From: Opitutia bacterium | GTDB taxonomy: Bacteria; Verrucomicrobiota; Verrucomicrobiia; Opitutales; Opitutaceae | DNA length: 64,000 nucleotides | Direction: 5' to 3' | Assembly: GCA_947478395.1 (NCBI GenBank) | Contig: CANJVR010000001.1 | Coordinates: forward strand, 384,001-448,000 | In this document: positions 44,609-54,410 of the stretch, piece after piece | Layout: every line of letters starts with the position of its first letter | Numbering within the stretch: the first letter of the stretch is position 1 | The notes under the pieces: model-generated | What the model was told of the DNA's origin: nothing | The model's database searches: none | The model's input: the letters and a program-made list of their open reading frames with translations, nothing else | Translations under genes and position numbers: made by a program

Positions 44609-45838
44609 TCACTCGTACCGCAACGCCTCGATCGGATCGAGCGACGCGGCCTTCCAGGCGGGATAAAGCCCGAAAATAATTCCGATCCCGCCGCAAACGG
44701 CCATGCCGATGCCGGCCCACATCCAAGGGAACGTAATCTCGGTGTGCATCACCACGGCGACCGCATTGCCGCCACCGACGCCGACGGCGACTCCGGCAAA
44801 GCCCCCGATTAAAGAAAGCGCGACAGCCTCGGCTAGAAATTGCAGGAGAACGCTCCGCTTCTTCGCGCCGATGCTTTTGCGAATCCCGATCTCCTTGGTG
44901 CGCTCAGTCACGCTCACCAGCATGATGTTCATCACGCCCACGCCCGACGCGAGCAACGCGATTGAGCTGATGATCAGCGAGCCAACTGCAACGACGTCCG
45001 CGATCTTGTTGAAGGCCTCGATCAGCGACTCGTTCGAGAAAATCTCAAAGTCGTTCAAATCCTCGGGGTGCAGGCCGCGGATCAGGCGCATCGCGCCGAT
45101 CGCTTTTTCTTGGGCCGCAGGCAGCGCTTCCTGACTTAGCGCCTGTACGTTAATGCTGATCGAGCGAAACTGCCGGCCGTAAATTGTCAGCCAGCGCGTG
45201 ATCGGGACCATCAAGAAATTGTCCGAACTGCCGCCGAACGACGTGCCCTTCGCGGCCAATACGCCAATCACCGTGTAGTTCTGCCCGTCGATGCGCACCA
45301 TTTGACCCAGCGGGTCCTCGCCGGCGAAAATCTTGTCCACAATGTCGTTTCCCAGCAGGCAAACCGGACGGGCATATTCGACATCGTCGGGGCTGAGATT
45401 GCGTCCGGCCGCGACCTCAAAATTAAACGCCGTGATGAAATTCTCATCGGTGCCGCGCAGGACGACATTGGGATTGGTCCGGCGATCCTTGTACACCACG
45501 ACCTTGCCCCAGCGACTCAGTTGCAGATTCACCCGGGCGTCTTCGCCCAGGATGTCCTTGAAGCGCGAACCGACCGCGTAGGTCAGATCGCGCCGGTTGC
45601 GATAGCGGGACGAATCCGCCGGCGAAAAACTGAACGCCGGCGTTTTGCTGACCTGAAAGCTATTTGCCCCGAGAACATTCAGCCCGGTTTCGACCGAGGC
45701 CCTCATGCCGTTGATGAAGGTCATCACCCCGATCACGGAAAACACCCCAACTCCGATCCCGAGGATCGTAAGGAACGAACGGAGTTTATTCGCCATGAGC
45801 GAGGCGAAGGCCAGGCGGAAGATTTCGGCGAGGAGCAT
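44609..45838 (-). CDS. MacB/FtsX-type ABC transporter permease
   Basis: NKLRSFLTILGI, GVMNIMLVSVTERTKEIGIRK, LDPIEALRYE; ATG at 45838. Confidence 0.95.
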   Translation of the reverse strand: MLLAEIFRLAFASLMANKLRSFLTILGIGVGVFSVIGVMTFINGMRASVETGLNVLGANSFQVSKTPAFSFSPADSSRYRNRRDLTYAVGSRFKDILGEDARVNLQLSRWGKVVVYKDRRTNPNVVLRGTDENFITAFNFEVAAGRNLSPDDVEYARPVCLLGNDIVDKIFAGEDPLGQMVRIDGQNYTVIGVLAAKGTSFGGSSDNFLMVPITRWLTIYGRQFRSISINVQALSQEALPAAQEKAIGAMRLIRGLHPEDLNDFEIFSNESLIEAFNKIADVVAVGSLIISSIALLASGVGVMNIMLVSVTERTKEIGIRKSIGAKKRSVLLQFLAEAVALSLIGGFAGVAVGVGGGNAVAVVMHTEITFPWMWAGIGMAVCGGIGIIFGLYPAWKAASLDPIEALRYE

Positions 45839-45843
45839 GGGGT

Positions 45844-47094
45844 TTATTCGTAACGCAGCGCGACGACCGGATCCAACTTGCTCGCTGACCAAGCCGGCGC
45901 GAACCCACTGAAGATTCCGGTAAACACGGAAACCACCAACCCCATCAAAACGAGACCGAGCGAAAATACCAAGGGGAACGCGGGCATCAGCACGCCGACA
46001 ACCGCCGCCATCGTCCAAGCCGTCGCGAGGCCGCCGATGCCACCGAGCAGGCAAATGGACACAGCCTCGATCAGGAACTGCAACAGGATCGTCCGCCGGC
46101 GAGCCCCCAAGGCCTTGCGCGTGCCGATCTCTTTCGTGCGCTCCTTCACGCTCACGTACGTAATGTTCATAATGCCGATCGCGCCAACGAACAGAGCGAG
46201 GCTCGTGATCACGAGCCCGGCCGTGGCGATGCCTTTTTTAATCGGATCCAATTGTTCGCGGATGATCTGCTGGCTGTTGATATCGAAATTATCCTTTTTT
46301 TCCGGGCTCAGCCGGCGAGCCCGGCGCATGATGCCCCGGAGCTCATCCTCCGCTTCCTGCTGCCGTGAGGTATCCATCTGCACCCGAATTTCGGGATTAG
46401 CGAAACGGATGGGGTAAAGGCGCGCGAACGAGTCGAGCGGCAAAAATACTTGGGAGTCCCAGCTGAAAAGTCCCAGGAAACTGCCCTGCCGTGCGGCGAC
46501 GCCCACCACGTTGAACTGCTGGTTGCGAATGCGCACCGTTTGTCCGATCGGAGATTCGTTCGGAAAAAGCGCGTCGGCCACGTCGAAACCGATCACGATC
46601 ACGTTACTCGCGTTCCGGGACTCGATTTCCGAGAAGAAGCGCCCCTCCTTCATGTCGGACTTCACAATGCGTCCAAGATCGGCACTCGTCCCGTAACTAG
46701 TGATATTGTTTACGCGATAGGCGCCTCGGATAATCGTCATGTTCGTCCCGGCGGCCGGCACCGCCAGCTTCAGGGGACCGCCGGGATGCGCGGCGATCCA
46801 ATCGTTGATCATCTGCGCTTGGTTCGGATTGATCTCAGGCCGGTTCCTCAGATTCCACCAATCCGAAACGTCGCGCCACGGCTGCCGCGAGACGTAAAGC
46901 ACGTCATCGCCAAACCCCGAAAGACTCGACTCCACCCCCGAATCGATGCCGAGAATCGCCGTGCCCATCAATGTGACCGCGACGATACCGATGATCACGC
47001 CCAGCGCGGTCAGCATCGAACGCAGCTTGTTTGCGTAAATCTGGGAGAACGCCATCCGCAGTGACTCGGAAATCTCGTAGAAGGTGCGAGTCAT
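45844..47094 (-). CDS. MacB/FtsX-type ABC transporter permease
   Basis: NKLRSMLTALG, GIMNITYVSVKERTKEIG, LDPVVALRYE. Confidence 0.95.
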   Translation of the reverse strand: MTRTFYEISESLRMAFSQIYANKLRSMLTALGVIIGIVAVTLMGTAILGIDSGVESSLSGFGDDVLYVSRQPWRDVSDWWNLRNRPEINPNQAQMINDWIAAHPGGPLKLAVPAAGTNMTIIRGAYRVNNITSYGTSADLGRIVKSDMKEGRFFSEIESRNASNVIVIGFDVADALFPNESPIGQTVRIRNQQFNVVGVAARQGSFLGLFSWDSQVFLPLDSFARLYPIRFANPEIRVQMDTSRQQEAEDELRGIMRRARRLSPEKKDNFDINSQQIIREQLDPIKKGIATAGLVITSLALFVGAIGIMNITYVSVKERTKEIGTRKALGARRRTILLQFLIEAVSICLLGGIGGLATAWTMAAVVGVLMPAFPLVFSLGLVLMGLVVSVFTGIFSGFAPAWSASKLDPVVALRYE

Positions 47095-47486
47095 CCGATT
47101 TTCAATTTTGAATTCTCGAGTTTCGATTTCTGCAGACCCGCCTGTAGCGTGCGGCGCGATGCGACCATGATCGCGGTCCGCTCATCAGCCTCGCGCAGGA
47201 ACGGTGTGACTTTTCCCCCAGGCATCAGTCCATGTTCAGCGACTAGTTCCAGCCCAAACCCGGATTCGTCCGCCTCTTCCTCGACCACGGCGAACTTCGA
47301 AATCATTTCCGCCGACGAACGTGAACGACCGGCCGCGCGGTAGTTTGAGCCCACCGCTGTTCCCGAACGGCCGAGTTGATTGGTCAGCACCCGCCCGGAA
47401 GAGGTTTCCGGCCGTGAATCGATCAAGGTCAAAACTCGCAGCGCGGAGGCCTTGGTGCGCGGCTTCATCTGGTGCTCAGTGGTCAC
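47091..47486 (-). CDS. Four helix bundle protein (23S rRNA-IVP/Avd-like family), possibly decaying
   Basis: QLGRSGTAVGSNYRAA, SKFAVVEEEADES; GTG start. Confidence 0.85.
   Translation of the reverse strand: MTTEHQMKPRTKASALRVLTLIDSRPETSSGRVLTNQLGRSGTAVGSNYRAAGRSRSSAEMISKFAVVEEEADESGFGLELVAEHGLMPGGKVTPFLREADERTAIMVASRRTLQAGLQKSKLENSKLKIG
47095..47129. repeat. 7-mer array (TCGATTT x5) at the 3' end of the four-helix-bundle gene
   Basis: CCGATTT TCAATTT TGAATTC TCGAGTT TCGATTT. Confidence 0.8.
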
Positions 47487-47488
47487 AA

Positions 47489-47502
47489 AAATCGAAAATC
47501 AC
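47489..47502. repeat. Inverted 7-mer array (AAATCGA x2) at the 5' end of the four-helix-bundle gene
   Basis: AAATCGA AAATCAC, overlapping the ATPase stop codon. Confidence 0.7.
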
Positions 47503-48233
47503 TCCACCGGATTGTCGCTCTCGATCAGGCCGTCGCGGAGACGGACGATGCGGCGGGCGTGGCGGGCGATGTCTTCCTCGTGGGTGACCACGATGATGGT
47601 GTTGCCCTGCTCGTAGAGCTGCTCGAACAACTCCATGATTTCCTCGCCGGTCTTGGAGTCCAAATTGCCGGTCGGTTCATCCGCGAGAATGATCGACGGA
47701 CTGTTGACCAAGGCGCGCGCGATCGCGACGCGCTGGCGCTGACCGCCGGAAAGTTCGTTGGGGCGGTGAAACATGCGGTCGCCCAAGCCCACGTTCTCCA
47801 GCGCGTGGCGAGCTTTCTCCAGGCGCTCGGCGCGGCCCAGCCCGGCGTAGATCAGAGGCAGCTCGACGTTGTGGAGCGCATTCGAGCGCGGCAGCAGGTT
47901 GAAAGTCTGGAAAACGAAACCGATCTCGCGATTGCGAATCTCCGCCAGTTCGTCGTCGACCATCGTCGCGACGTTTTTTTGGCTGAACTCGTAGCGGCCC
48001 GCCGTCGGCGTATCGAGACAGCCGAGCATGTTCATCAGCGTGGATTTCCCGCTGCCCGACGGGCCCATGATCGCGAGATATTCGTTGCGGTGAATCTTAA
48101 CGCTCACCCCGCGAAGCGCGTGGATGATTTCCGCACCCATCTTGTAGAGTTTCGTCACGCCCTCGATTTCGATCACGAGGGGCCCGGACGGACGCAGCGT
48201 GCGTGCACGCGGCGCAGGGGAAGAGGCGTTCAT
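47499..48233 (-). CDS. ABC transporter ATP-binding protein (MacB/LolD type)
   Basis: [28 protein letters not shown]. Confidence 0.96.
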   Translation of the reverse strand: MNASSPAPRARTLRPSGPLVIEIEGVTKLYKMGAEIIHALRGVSVKIHRNEYLAIMGPSGSGKSTLMNMLGCLDTPTAGRYEFSQKNVATMVDDELAEIRNREIGFVFQTFNLLPRSNALHNVELPLIYAGLGRAERLEKARHALENVGLGDRMFHRPNELSGGQRQRVAIARALVNSPSIILADEPTGNLDSKTGEEIMELFEQLYEQGNTIIVVTHEEDIARHARRIVRLRDGLIESDNPVE

Positions 48234-48297
48234 AGGCGGTGGAATGCGATAAAAGAATTCGTGGCTCCCAGCCGTCGAGGGCCGGATCGCGCCGGGA

Positions 48298-49668
48298 TCA
48301 TGGCTTGATGGGCTTCGGCTTCTCGAGCGTGACCTTCATGTCGTCTTTCAACGTGCGAGTGATGACCCCGAAACTGCCGCTCACCACATCGTCGCCTGCT
48401 TTTAGACCCGATTTCACCTCGATGTGCGTCGTGTCCTGCAAGCCGGTCTCAACTTTCACCATTTTCACGACATCCCCTGACCGCACGAAAACGACCCGCT
48501 GCAGATTATCGCGGTCCGATTTCTCGGCCTGTTTTTGTTGAGCGACGTTGACGGCGGTCACCGCTCCATCGCCTTTGGTCTGGGCCGCGTTCTTGTCCCG
48601 ATCGGCCGCGACTTGCTCGACGGTCTTGTTGCCCTCGCGGGCGCGGACGGTCACGCTTTGAATCGGCACGGCGACGACGTCCTGCACCGATTTCGTCTCA
48701 ACATCCGCGTTAGCACTCATGCCGGGACGGAGCGGCGCGTCTTTGTCGAGGATCCGGATTTTGACCAGAAAATTGGTGACTTCGTCCTGCGTGTTCTGGC
48801 CGGTCACTTTTGCCGCAGAACCGATTTCTTTCACTACGGCGTCAAACTTCCGGTTCGGAAACGCATCGATGGTCACCTTTGCCTTGTCGCCGACCTTCAC
48901 GTTAACGATGTCGTTTTCGTTGATGTTCACTCGCACCTCCATGTTGGAAAGGTCCGCTACGCGCATGACCTCGGCGCCGCCGTAATTGCCCGTTCCGGCC
49001 ACGCGCTCGCCCACCTCGTTGCTGAGCGAACTCACCTTTCCGTTGATGGGCGAATAGATGACGGTCTTGGTCAGCTGGTCGCGCGCCTGGCTAAGGGAGC
49101 CTTCCGTGCGACGAATTTGGGCCTGGGCACTGTCGAGATTACCCTTGGCCACTTCGAGGGCGGTGCGCGCGGCGGCGATATCGGCGTCGGAGATCAGCTG
49201 CTTGGCAAAAAGGTCTTCGTTGCGCTTGAGGTCGTCCTGCGACTTGAGCAGTTGAGCCTTCGACTGGAGCGCGCTGGCCTTGGCTGAAACCAGCCCGGCC
49301 TCCTGCTGCTCAACCTGTGCCTGGTAGGCATCGGGTTTGATGCTGAGCAATAGGTCGCCTTTTTTGACGACAGCGCCTTCGCGGAATCCAAGTTGAATGA
49401 TCTCACCCGTCACCTCGGGCTGAATCTTTACTTCAACCTCAGGCTGAATTTTTCCAGTGGCGGAAACGATTTGAGTGATCGTTTTGATGACCGCTTTCTC
49501 GGCGGTGATCACGACGGCCGGAGTGGCGTTTTTCTTCTTAAAATAGGCGGCCGTACCGAGCCCGACGAGCAGGACGATGCCGCCCAGCACGAACCATTTT
49601 TTCGTGGATTTTTTGCGGGGAGCCGAAGCCGGGGACGCACTTTTGGATGCAGCAGGATCAAGGTTCAT
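48298..49668 (-). CDS. Efflux membrane fusion protein (MacA-like)
   Basis: N-terminal TM segment, ATGKIQP, coiled hairpin, [16 protein letters not shown]. Confidence 0.93.
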   Translation of the reverse strand: MNLDPAASKSASPASAPRKKSTKKWFVLGGIVLLVGLGTAAYFKKKNATPAVVITAEKAVIKTITQIVSATGKIQPEVEVKIQPEVTGEIIQLGFREGAVVKKGDLLLSIKPDAYQAQVEQQEAGLVSAKASALQSKAQLLKSQDDLKRNEDLFAKQLISDADIAAARTALEVAKGNLDSAQAQIRRTEGSLSQARDQLTKTVIYSPINGKVSSLSNEVGERVAGTGNYGGAEVMRVADLSNMEVRVNINENDIVNVKVGDKAKVTIDAFPNRKFDAVVKEIGSAAKVTGQNTQDEVTNFLVKIRILDKDAPLRPGMSANADVETKSVQDVVAVPIQSVTVRAREGNKTVEQVAADRDKNAAQTKGDGAVTAVNVAQQKQAEKSDRDNLQRVVFVRSGDVVKMVKVETGLQDTTHIEVKSGLKAGDDVVSGSFGVITRTLKDDMKVTLEKPKPIKP

Positions 49669-49905
49669 AGAGATTCAGGCACAACGTTAAGCAGCACCGA
49701 AGGAAGTGCTCTGGACGATATAGGCAAGCCGCTCATTCGCCTGCGCCCCTTGAAACAAACGCGTTTGAGACGCGGATTCCAAATCCAGAAACGTGAAAAC
49801 CCAGCGGCGACCGGCCCAACGCGGGCGTCTATCCCACCACCTATAAGGATCATCGGTGTCGCCCAGCGCGTGACCTGCGGACGGCGCGTGATTCGGATCG
49901 GCCGA

Positions 49906-51681
49906 TCATTCCAACGCGATCCGTGCGCGATAAAAGGCGTCGCACTTCGCGTAAATTTCCTTCGCCGAACCCAGCATCAGCGCCTCAGCCGCGAGGTCGC
50001 GAGCGTCCGTCATCTTCATCGCGCGGATTAAATATTTCACGGCCGGCAGCACCGGTGGCATCATGCTGAGACTGTCGACCCCCAGCCCGAGGAGCAGCGG
50101 CACAAAAATCGGATCGCCGGCCATTTCGCCACAAACGCCGACCGGCCGCCGGGCCCGGTGCGCCTCGTCGATGATGTGCTTCAAGGTCCGCAACACCGCG
50201 GGATGCGTCGGCTCGTAGAGATGGGCGATGCGATCATTGCCGCGATCAATCGCGAGCAAGTACTGGATGAGATCGTTGGTCCCGATGCTGAAAAAATCGC
50301 ATTCGGGCGCGAGCAGATCAGTCGTCGCAGCGGCGCTGGGGATTTCGATCATCGCGCCGATGGCGAGCTTGGGGTCGAACGGCTGGCCCCGCGCTTTCAG
50401 CTCGGCCTTGCACTCGGCGAGAATGGCGTTGGCCCGCTGCAACTCCTCCACGCCACAAATCATCGGGTACATCAGGCGCACGTTGCCGAACGTGCTCGCG
50501 AGCAAGATCGCCCGGAGCTGATCCTTGAAAATATCGGGGTGCTCCAGGCAGAACCGGATCGCGCGGAACCCCATGAACGGATTCGCCTCTTTCGGAAACA
50601 GGTGGGGATTGCTCGCCATCGGTTTGTCTCCCCCGAGATCGAGCGTGCGGATCACGACGGGATTTGGCGCGAGCCCCTCAGCCACGGTCTTATACGCGAC
50701 AAACTGCTCCTGTTCCGTCGGCATCCGCGCCGAATTCAGGTAGAGATACTCCGAACGGAAAAGGCCGACCCCCTCGGCGAAATATTCCTTCACCAGCGCC
50801 ACCTCATCCACTTTTTCGATGTTGGCCTGCAGCATCACCGTGACGCCGTCGAGCGTCACCGCCGGCTTCCGATTCGCGTCGAACAGCCGCTGCTCAAACG
50901 ATTTTTTCTGCGACTGGATTTTACCGTAGCGGAAAAGCGTCGCCTCGGACGGATTCAGGATGACGACGCCATCGTAGCCATCGACGATCGCCCAATCGCC
51001 GGTGTTCACTTTTTTCGTGAGATCACGGACCCCCACGACCGCCGGAACTTTCATCGAGCGGGCGACGATCACCGCGTGACTCGTCTTGCTGCCGGAGTCG
51101 GTCACGATGCCAAGGGCCGCGCTGCGATCGATGCTCGCCGAATCCGAAGGCGAGAGATCGTTTGCGATCACGATTCGCTTCTCGGCGAGCCGGCTCAGAC
51201 TGTTCTCGGCCTGGCCGAGCAGATTTTGCAACACGCGCTGCGCCACGTCGCGGATGTCGGAGGCGCGTTCCCGCAAGTACTCGTCGTCGATTTCCGCAAA
51301 CGCCTGGATGTAACGCTGCGAGACCTTGTCGAAGCACGTTTCGATATTACGGCCCGTCGTTTCGAATTCGCGGATCGTCTCGCCGATGAGTGCCTGGTCC
51401 TCGAGGACGAGCAGATGAGCATCGAAAATCAGGGCTTCCTGCGCGCCCAGATTTTTTTCCACCTCACTCTGAATTTTTGCAATCTGGCGGCGGGTTTCCA
51501 GCAGCGCCTTGTCGAATCGCGCAATTTCTTCGATGCGTTTCTCGTGGTCGACTTGATAGCTCGGGACCTCGACGTCGCTTTGCAGATAAACGAAAATTTG
51601 CCCGTACGCGATCCCCTGCGAGGCGGAGATGCCTTGCACGATGATTTCCTGTTTACTGCGTGAATCCGAGGGCATGGCCAT
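49906..51681 (-). CDS. ptsI: PEP-protein phosphotransferase (PTS enzyme I)
   Basis: SKTSHAVI phospho-His, GLFRSE, RTLDLGGDK, SIGTNDL, CGEMAG. Confidence 0.95.
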   Translation of the reverse strand: MAMPSDSRSKQEIIVQGISASQGIAYGQIFVYLQSDVEVPSYQVDHEKRIEEIARFDKALLETRRQIAKIQSEVEKNLGAQEALIFDAHLLVLEDQALIGETIREFETTGRNIETCFDKVSQRYIQAFAEIDDEYLRERASDIRDVAQRVLQNLLGQAENSLSRLAEKRIVIANDLSPSDSASIDRSAALGIVTDSGSKTSHAVIVARSMKVPAVVGVRDLTKKVNTGDWAIVDGYDGVVILNPSEATLFRYGKIQSQKKSFEQRLFDANRKPAVTLDGVTVMLQANIEKVDEVALVKEYFAEGVGLFRSEYLYLNSARMPTEQEQFVAYKTVAEGLAPNPVVIRTLDLGGDKPMASNPHLFPKEANPFMGFRAIRFCLEHPDIFKDQLRAILLASTFGNVRLMYPMICGVEELQRANAILAECKAELKARGQPFDPKLAIGAMIEIPSAAATTDLLAPECDFFSIGTNDLIQYLLAIDRGNDRIAHLYEPTHPAVLRTLKHIIDEAHRARRPVGVCGEMAGDPIFVPLLLGLGVDSLSMMPPVLPAVKYLIRAMKMTDARDLAAEALMLGSAKEIYAKCDAFYRARIALE

Positions 51682-51753
51682 GCGCCGTCTGCTGGGGAAG
51701 CGCGGGCGGCGCCGGACGATAACGGTGGTCCCTTCCGTCGGGTCAATGCTGAT

Positions 51754-52659
51754 TCACAGAATCCGCGTCTCGATCACGAAACAATCGCGACCCCAGGCCT
51801 CTTTGATCGTCGCGACGATCGCCGGCGTCGGCGCTCCATCCGGCAAAAAAGCAAAACACGCGCTGCCGCTGCCGCTCATCCGCGGCGCCAAACCGAACTC
51901 ACCGCGCAACCGCTCGAGCAAAGTCGGGAGGGCGAGATATTTCGCGAATGCGACCGGCTCCATGTTATTAAACAGCAGGGTTTCGGCCGGCAGTTCGGCG
52001 TCGGCCAGCCAAGCCGAGAGCCGCGCCTCGGCTTCGGCCGCCGGCAGATAACTCGCGGGCGCCCGTTTGGCGAGTTGCGCGTAAGCCCACGGCGTCGCGA
52101 TGCCGAAATTCGGTTTGAATACCACCACCCGCCGCCCGCGCAGCCGTTTCGCCGCGGGCTCAGGCAACGGCTCAATTCGCTCGCCCCGCCCGCGCATCAA
52201 CGCAGGGCCATTTTGCAAAAATAAGGGACAATCCGATCCTAGGCCCGCGGCCATGGCCGCCATCGTCTCGGCCCGAACTGGTTCCACCCGCAACGCCGCC
52301 AGTGCCCGCAACGCCGCCACCGCGTCGCTGCTGCCGCCGCCCAGTCCCGCGCCCATCGGCACGCGTTTCTCGAGAAAAAATTTCGCGCCGGTCCGCGGTG
52401 AGTCTGTCCGCGAATCCGCTGTCGCCGCCACAAACGCGGCCGCCGCTTTCAAGACGAGATTGCCCGCATCCACCGGCACTGCCGGATCATCACATGAGAG
52501 TGTGAACTGACCTGCCGCCGCCGTCTCAACCTGGAGCATGTCGCCAAAGGCCAGCGGCGCCGCCACCGACACAAGATCGTGAAATCCATCTCCGCGTCGG
52601 CCGGTGATCGCGAGAAACAGGTTTAGTTTAGCGGGGGCAAAAATCGAAAACGCACTCAC
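51754..52659 (-). CDS. ispE: 4-diphosphocytidyl-2-C-methyl-D-erythritol kinase
   Basis: APAKLNLFL, PMGAGLGGGSSDA, GSDCP, MSGSGS. Confidence 0.96.
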   Translation of the reverse strand: MSAFSIFAPAKLNLFLAITGRRGDGFHDLVSVAAPLAFGDMLQVETAAAGQFTLSCDDPAVPVDAGNLVLKAAAAFVAATADSRTDSPRTGAKFFLEKRVPMGAGLGGGSSDAVAALRALAALRVEPVRAETMAAMAAGLGSDCPLFLQNGPALMRGRGERIEPLPEPAAKRLRGRRVVVFKPNFGIATPWAYAQLAKRAPASYLPAAEAEARLSAWLADAELPAETLLFNNMEPVAFAKYLALPTLLERLRGEFGLAPRMSGSGSACFAFLPDGAPTPAIVATIKEAWGRDCFVIETRIL

Positions 52660-52765
52660 TGGCAGAGTGATCGCCGATTAACGGCGCCGCCTCCAGCCGG
52701 ATTTTGCTTTTTGAAGCGGGGGCTTGAAAACACTTCCCGGTGTCCACTGCCTCTGTGGTTTCACC

Positions 52766-53455
52766 ATGCCCTGCGATCTCATCCTCGTTCTCGACGCCCA
52801 ATCGCCCCGCGAAGTCACCCCTGCCCTGCGCCAGCTCCAAGGCACCGTGCGGTGGGTAAAAGTCGGGCTCGAGATGTTCACCGCCTGCGGACCCGACTGC
52901 GTGCGCGAAATCGCCGGGCTGGGTTTCAACGTGTTTCTCGACCTCAAGCTGCACGACATACCCAATACCGTCGCCAAGGCCGTCGAATCCGTGGCGAAAC
53001 TCCCCATCGGCATGCTCACCCTGCATACCTCCGGCGGACGTGAAATGATGCAATGGGCCGTAAAAGCCCAGCAACAGCACGCACCGCAGTTGCTACTGCT
53101 GGGCGTGACGGTGCTCACGTCGACGAGCGCCGCGGGCCTCGCTGAAACCGGCGTACCCGATTCGCCCGAGCAACAAGTCGTGCGCCTCGGCCGGCTCGCC
53201 ATCGACGCCGGACTGCGCGGACTGGTTTGCTCGCCCCTTGAAATCAAACCGCTCCGCCACGTTTTGCCCGCCGACGTTGCTCTCGTCACGCCTGGGATTC
53301 GTCCGCGCGACGCCAAGGCCGACGATCAAACGCGCGTGATGACTCCCGCCGACGCCGCGCAAGCCGGTGCCAGTTACCTCGTAGTCGGTCGCCCGATTTT
53401 TAAAGCGCCAGATCCGGTCGCGGCGGCCCGCGCGATCCTAGCCGAGATAGCGTAG
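52766..53455 (+). CDS. pyrF: Orotidine-5'-phosphate decarboxylase
   Basis: FLDLKLHDIPNTV, VTVLTS, TPGIRP, VVGRPI. Confidence 0.97.
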   Translation: MPCDLILVLDAQSPREVTPALRQLQGTVRWVKVGLEMFTACGPDCVREIAGLGFNVFLDLKLHDIPNTVAKAVESVAKLPIGMLTLHTSGGREMMQWAVKAQQQHAPQLLLLGVTVLTSTSAAGLAETGVPDSPEQQVVRLGRLAIDAGLRGLVCSPLEIKPLRHVLPADVALVTPGIRPRDAKADDQTRVMTPADAAQAGASYLVVGRPIFKAPDPVAAARAILAEIA

Positions 53456-53588
53456 ACGGCAGATATTCGATTTCAGAGGCCTGATGCCAGCCTGGGAACC
53501 TCCTGTTCCCTCCGCGGTAAATTCCATCGTCAACCTGTTCTTCCCTAACTTCCGAATTCTGACATCTGTCCTCTGGCCTCTGGCTTCT
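53454..53588. repeat. Inverted degenerate 7-mer arrays (AGAnnnC / GnnnTCT)
   Basis: AGACGGC AGATATT CGATTTC AGAGGCC TGATGCC ... GAATTCT GACATCT GTCCTCT GGCCTCT GGCTTCT. Confidence 0.7.
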
Positions 53589-53615
53589 AATCTTTTGCCC
53601 TGATCTTTTTAAAAA

Positions 53616-54356
53616 ATGTCCCGTACCGCCGCCATTCTCCTCGCTGCCGGCAGCGGCACCCGCATGGGCGGGGCCGTCACCGACAAAGTGCTTGCTCTCC
53701 TCGCCGGCCGGCCCGTCTTCGCGCACTCCGCAGCCGCGTTCGCCGCAAGCGGCATCGCGGATCTCTATGTCATCGTCTACCGCGACCAGCGCCAAATGCT
53801 CACGCTCGCGGCGCTCGCCCCCACGCCGAGTTTGCTGATCGCCGGAGGTGCCGAGCGCCAGGACTCGGTCGCCGCGGCGCTCGCGGCGCTGCCGCCCGAC
53901 ATCGCCCACGTCTTCATTCACGATTGCGCCCGACCGCTGGTCCGAGCCGAACAACTCGTAGCCTTGCACAAAATCGTCCGCCGCGAACACGCCGTCGTCC
54001 TTGCCCATCGCGTGACTGATACGATAAAAAAGCACCGTAGCGGCGGTCGTTTGCGCACGCTCGATCGCGACCGGCTTTGGGCGATGGAGACGCCCCAGGT
54101 TTTTGCCCGTGAGCTCATTTGCGCAGCTTATGCGCGTGTCGCGAAAAAAAAGCTCCGCATCACCGACGACGCGCAGGCCGTCGAGGCCCTCGATCATCCG
54201 ATCGCGCTCCTCGAAAATCCCTATCCCAACCCCAAACTGACCACCTCGGGCGATCTCAAGTACCTGGAGTTTCTGCTTTCGCACGAAGGAGAGGAAAATT
54301 CCAAACGCCAAAATTCAGGCGCCAAAGAAACGCCCACCAGCCAATCCGAAAGATGA
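53616..54356 (+). CDS. ispD: 2-C-methyl-D-erythritol 4-phosphate cytidylyltransferase
   Basis: LAAGSGTRMG, GGAERQDSV, IHDCARP, ETPQVF, TDDA. Confidence 0.96.
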   Translation: MSRTAAILLAAGSGTRMGGAVTDKVLALLAGRPVFAHSAAAFAASGIADLYVIVYRDQRQMLTLAALAPTPSLLIAGGAERQDSVAAALAALPPDIAHVFIHDCARPLVRAEQLVALHKIVRREHAVVLAHRVTDTIKKHRSGGRLRTLDRDRLWAMETPQVFARELICAAYARVAKKKLRITDDAQAVEALDHPIALLENPYPNPKLTTSGDLKYLEFLLSHEGEENSKRQNSGAKETPTSQSER

Positions 54357-54404
54357 TTTTGCCCGTGGATTTTTTTGGCGTTTAGCCGGTTGGCGTTTGA
54401 ACCT
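54297..54404. repeat. Inverted degenerate 7-mer arrays (AACGCCA / TGGCGTT)
   Basis: AATTCCA AACGCCA AAATTCA GGCGCCA ... TGGATTT, TGGCGTT, TAGCCGG, TGGCGTT, TGAACCT. Confidence 0.65.
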
Positions 54405-54410
54405 TTTCCC

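Noticed and set aside
47091..47486. Possible diversity-generating retroelement, given the Avd-like fold
   Set aside because: No reverse transcriptase and no template/variable repeat pair seen in the window.
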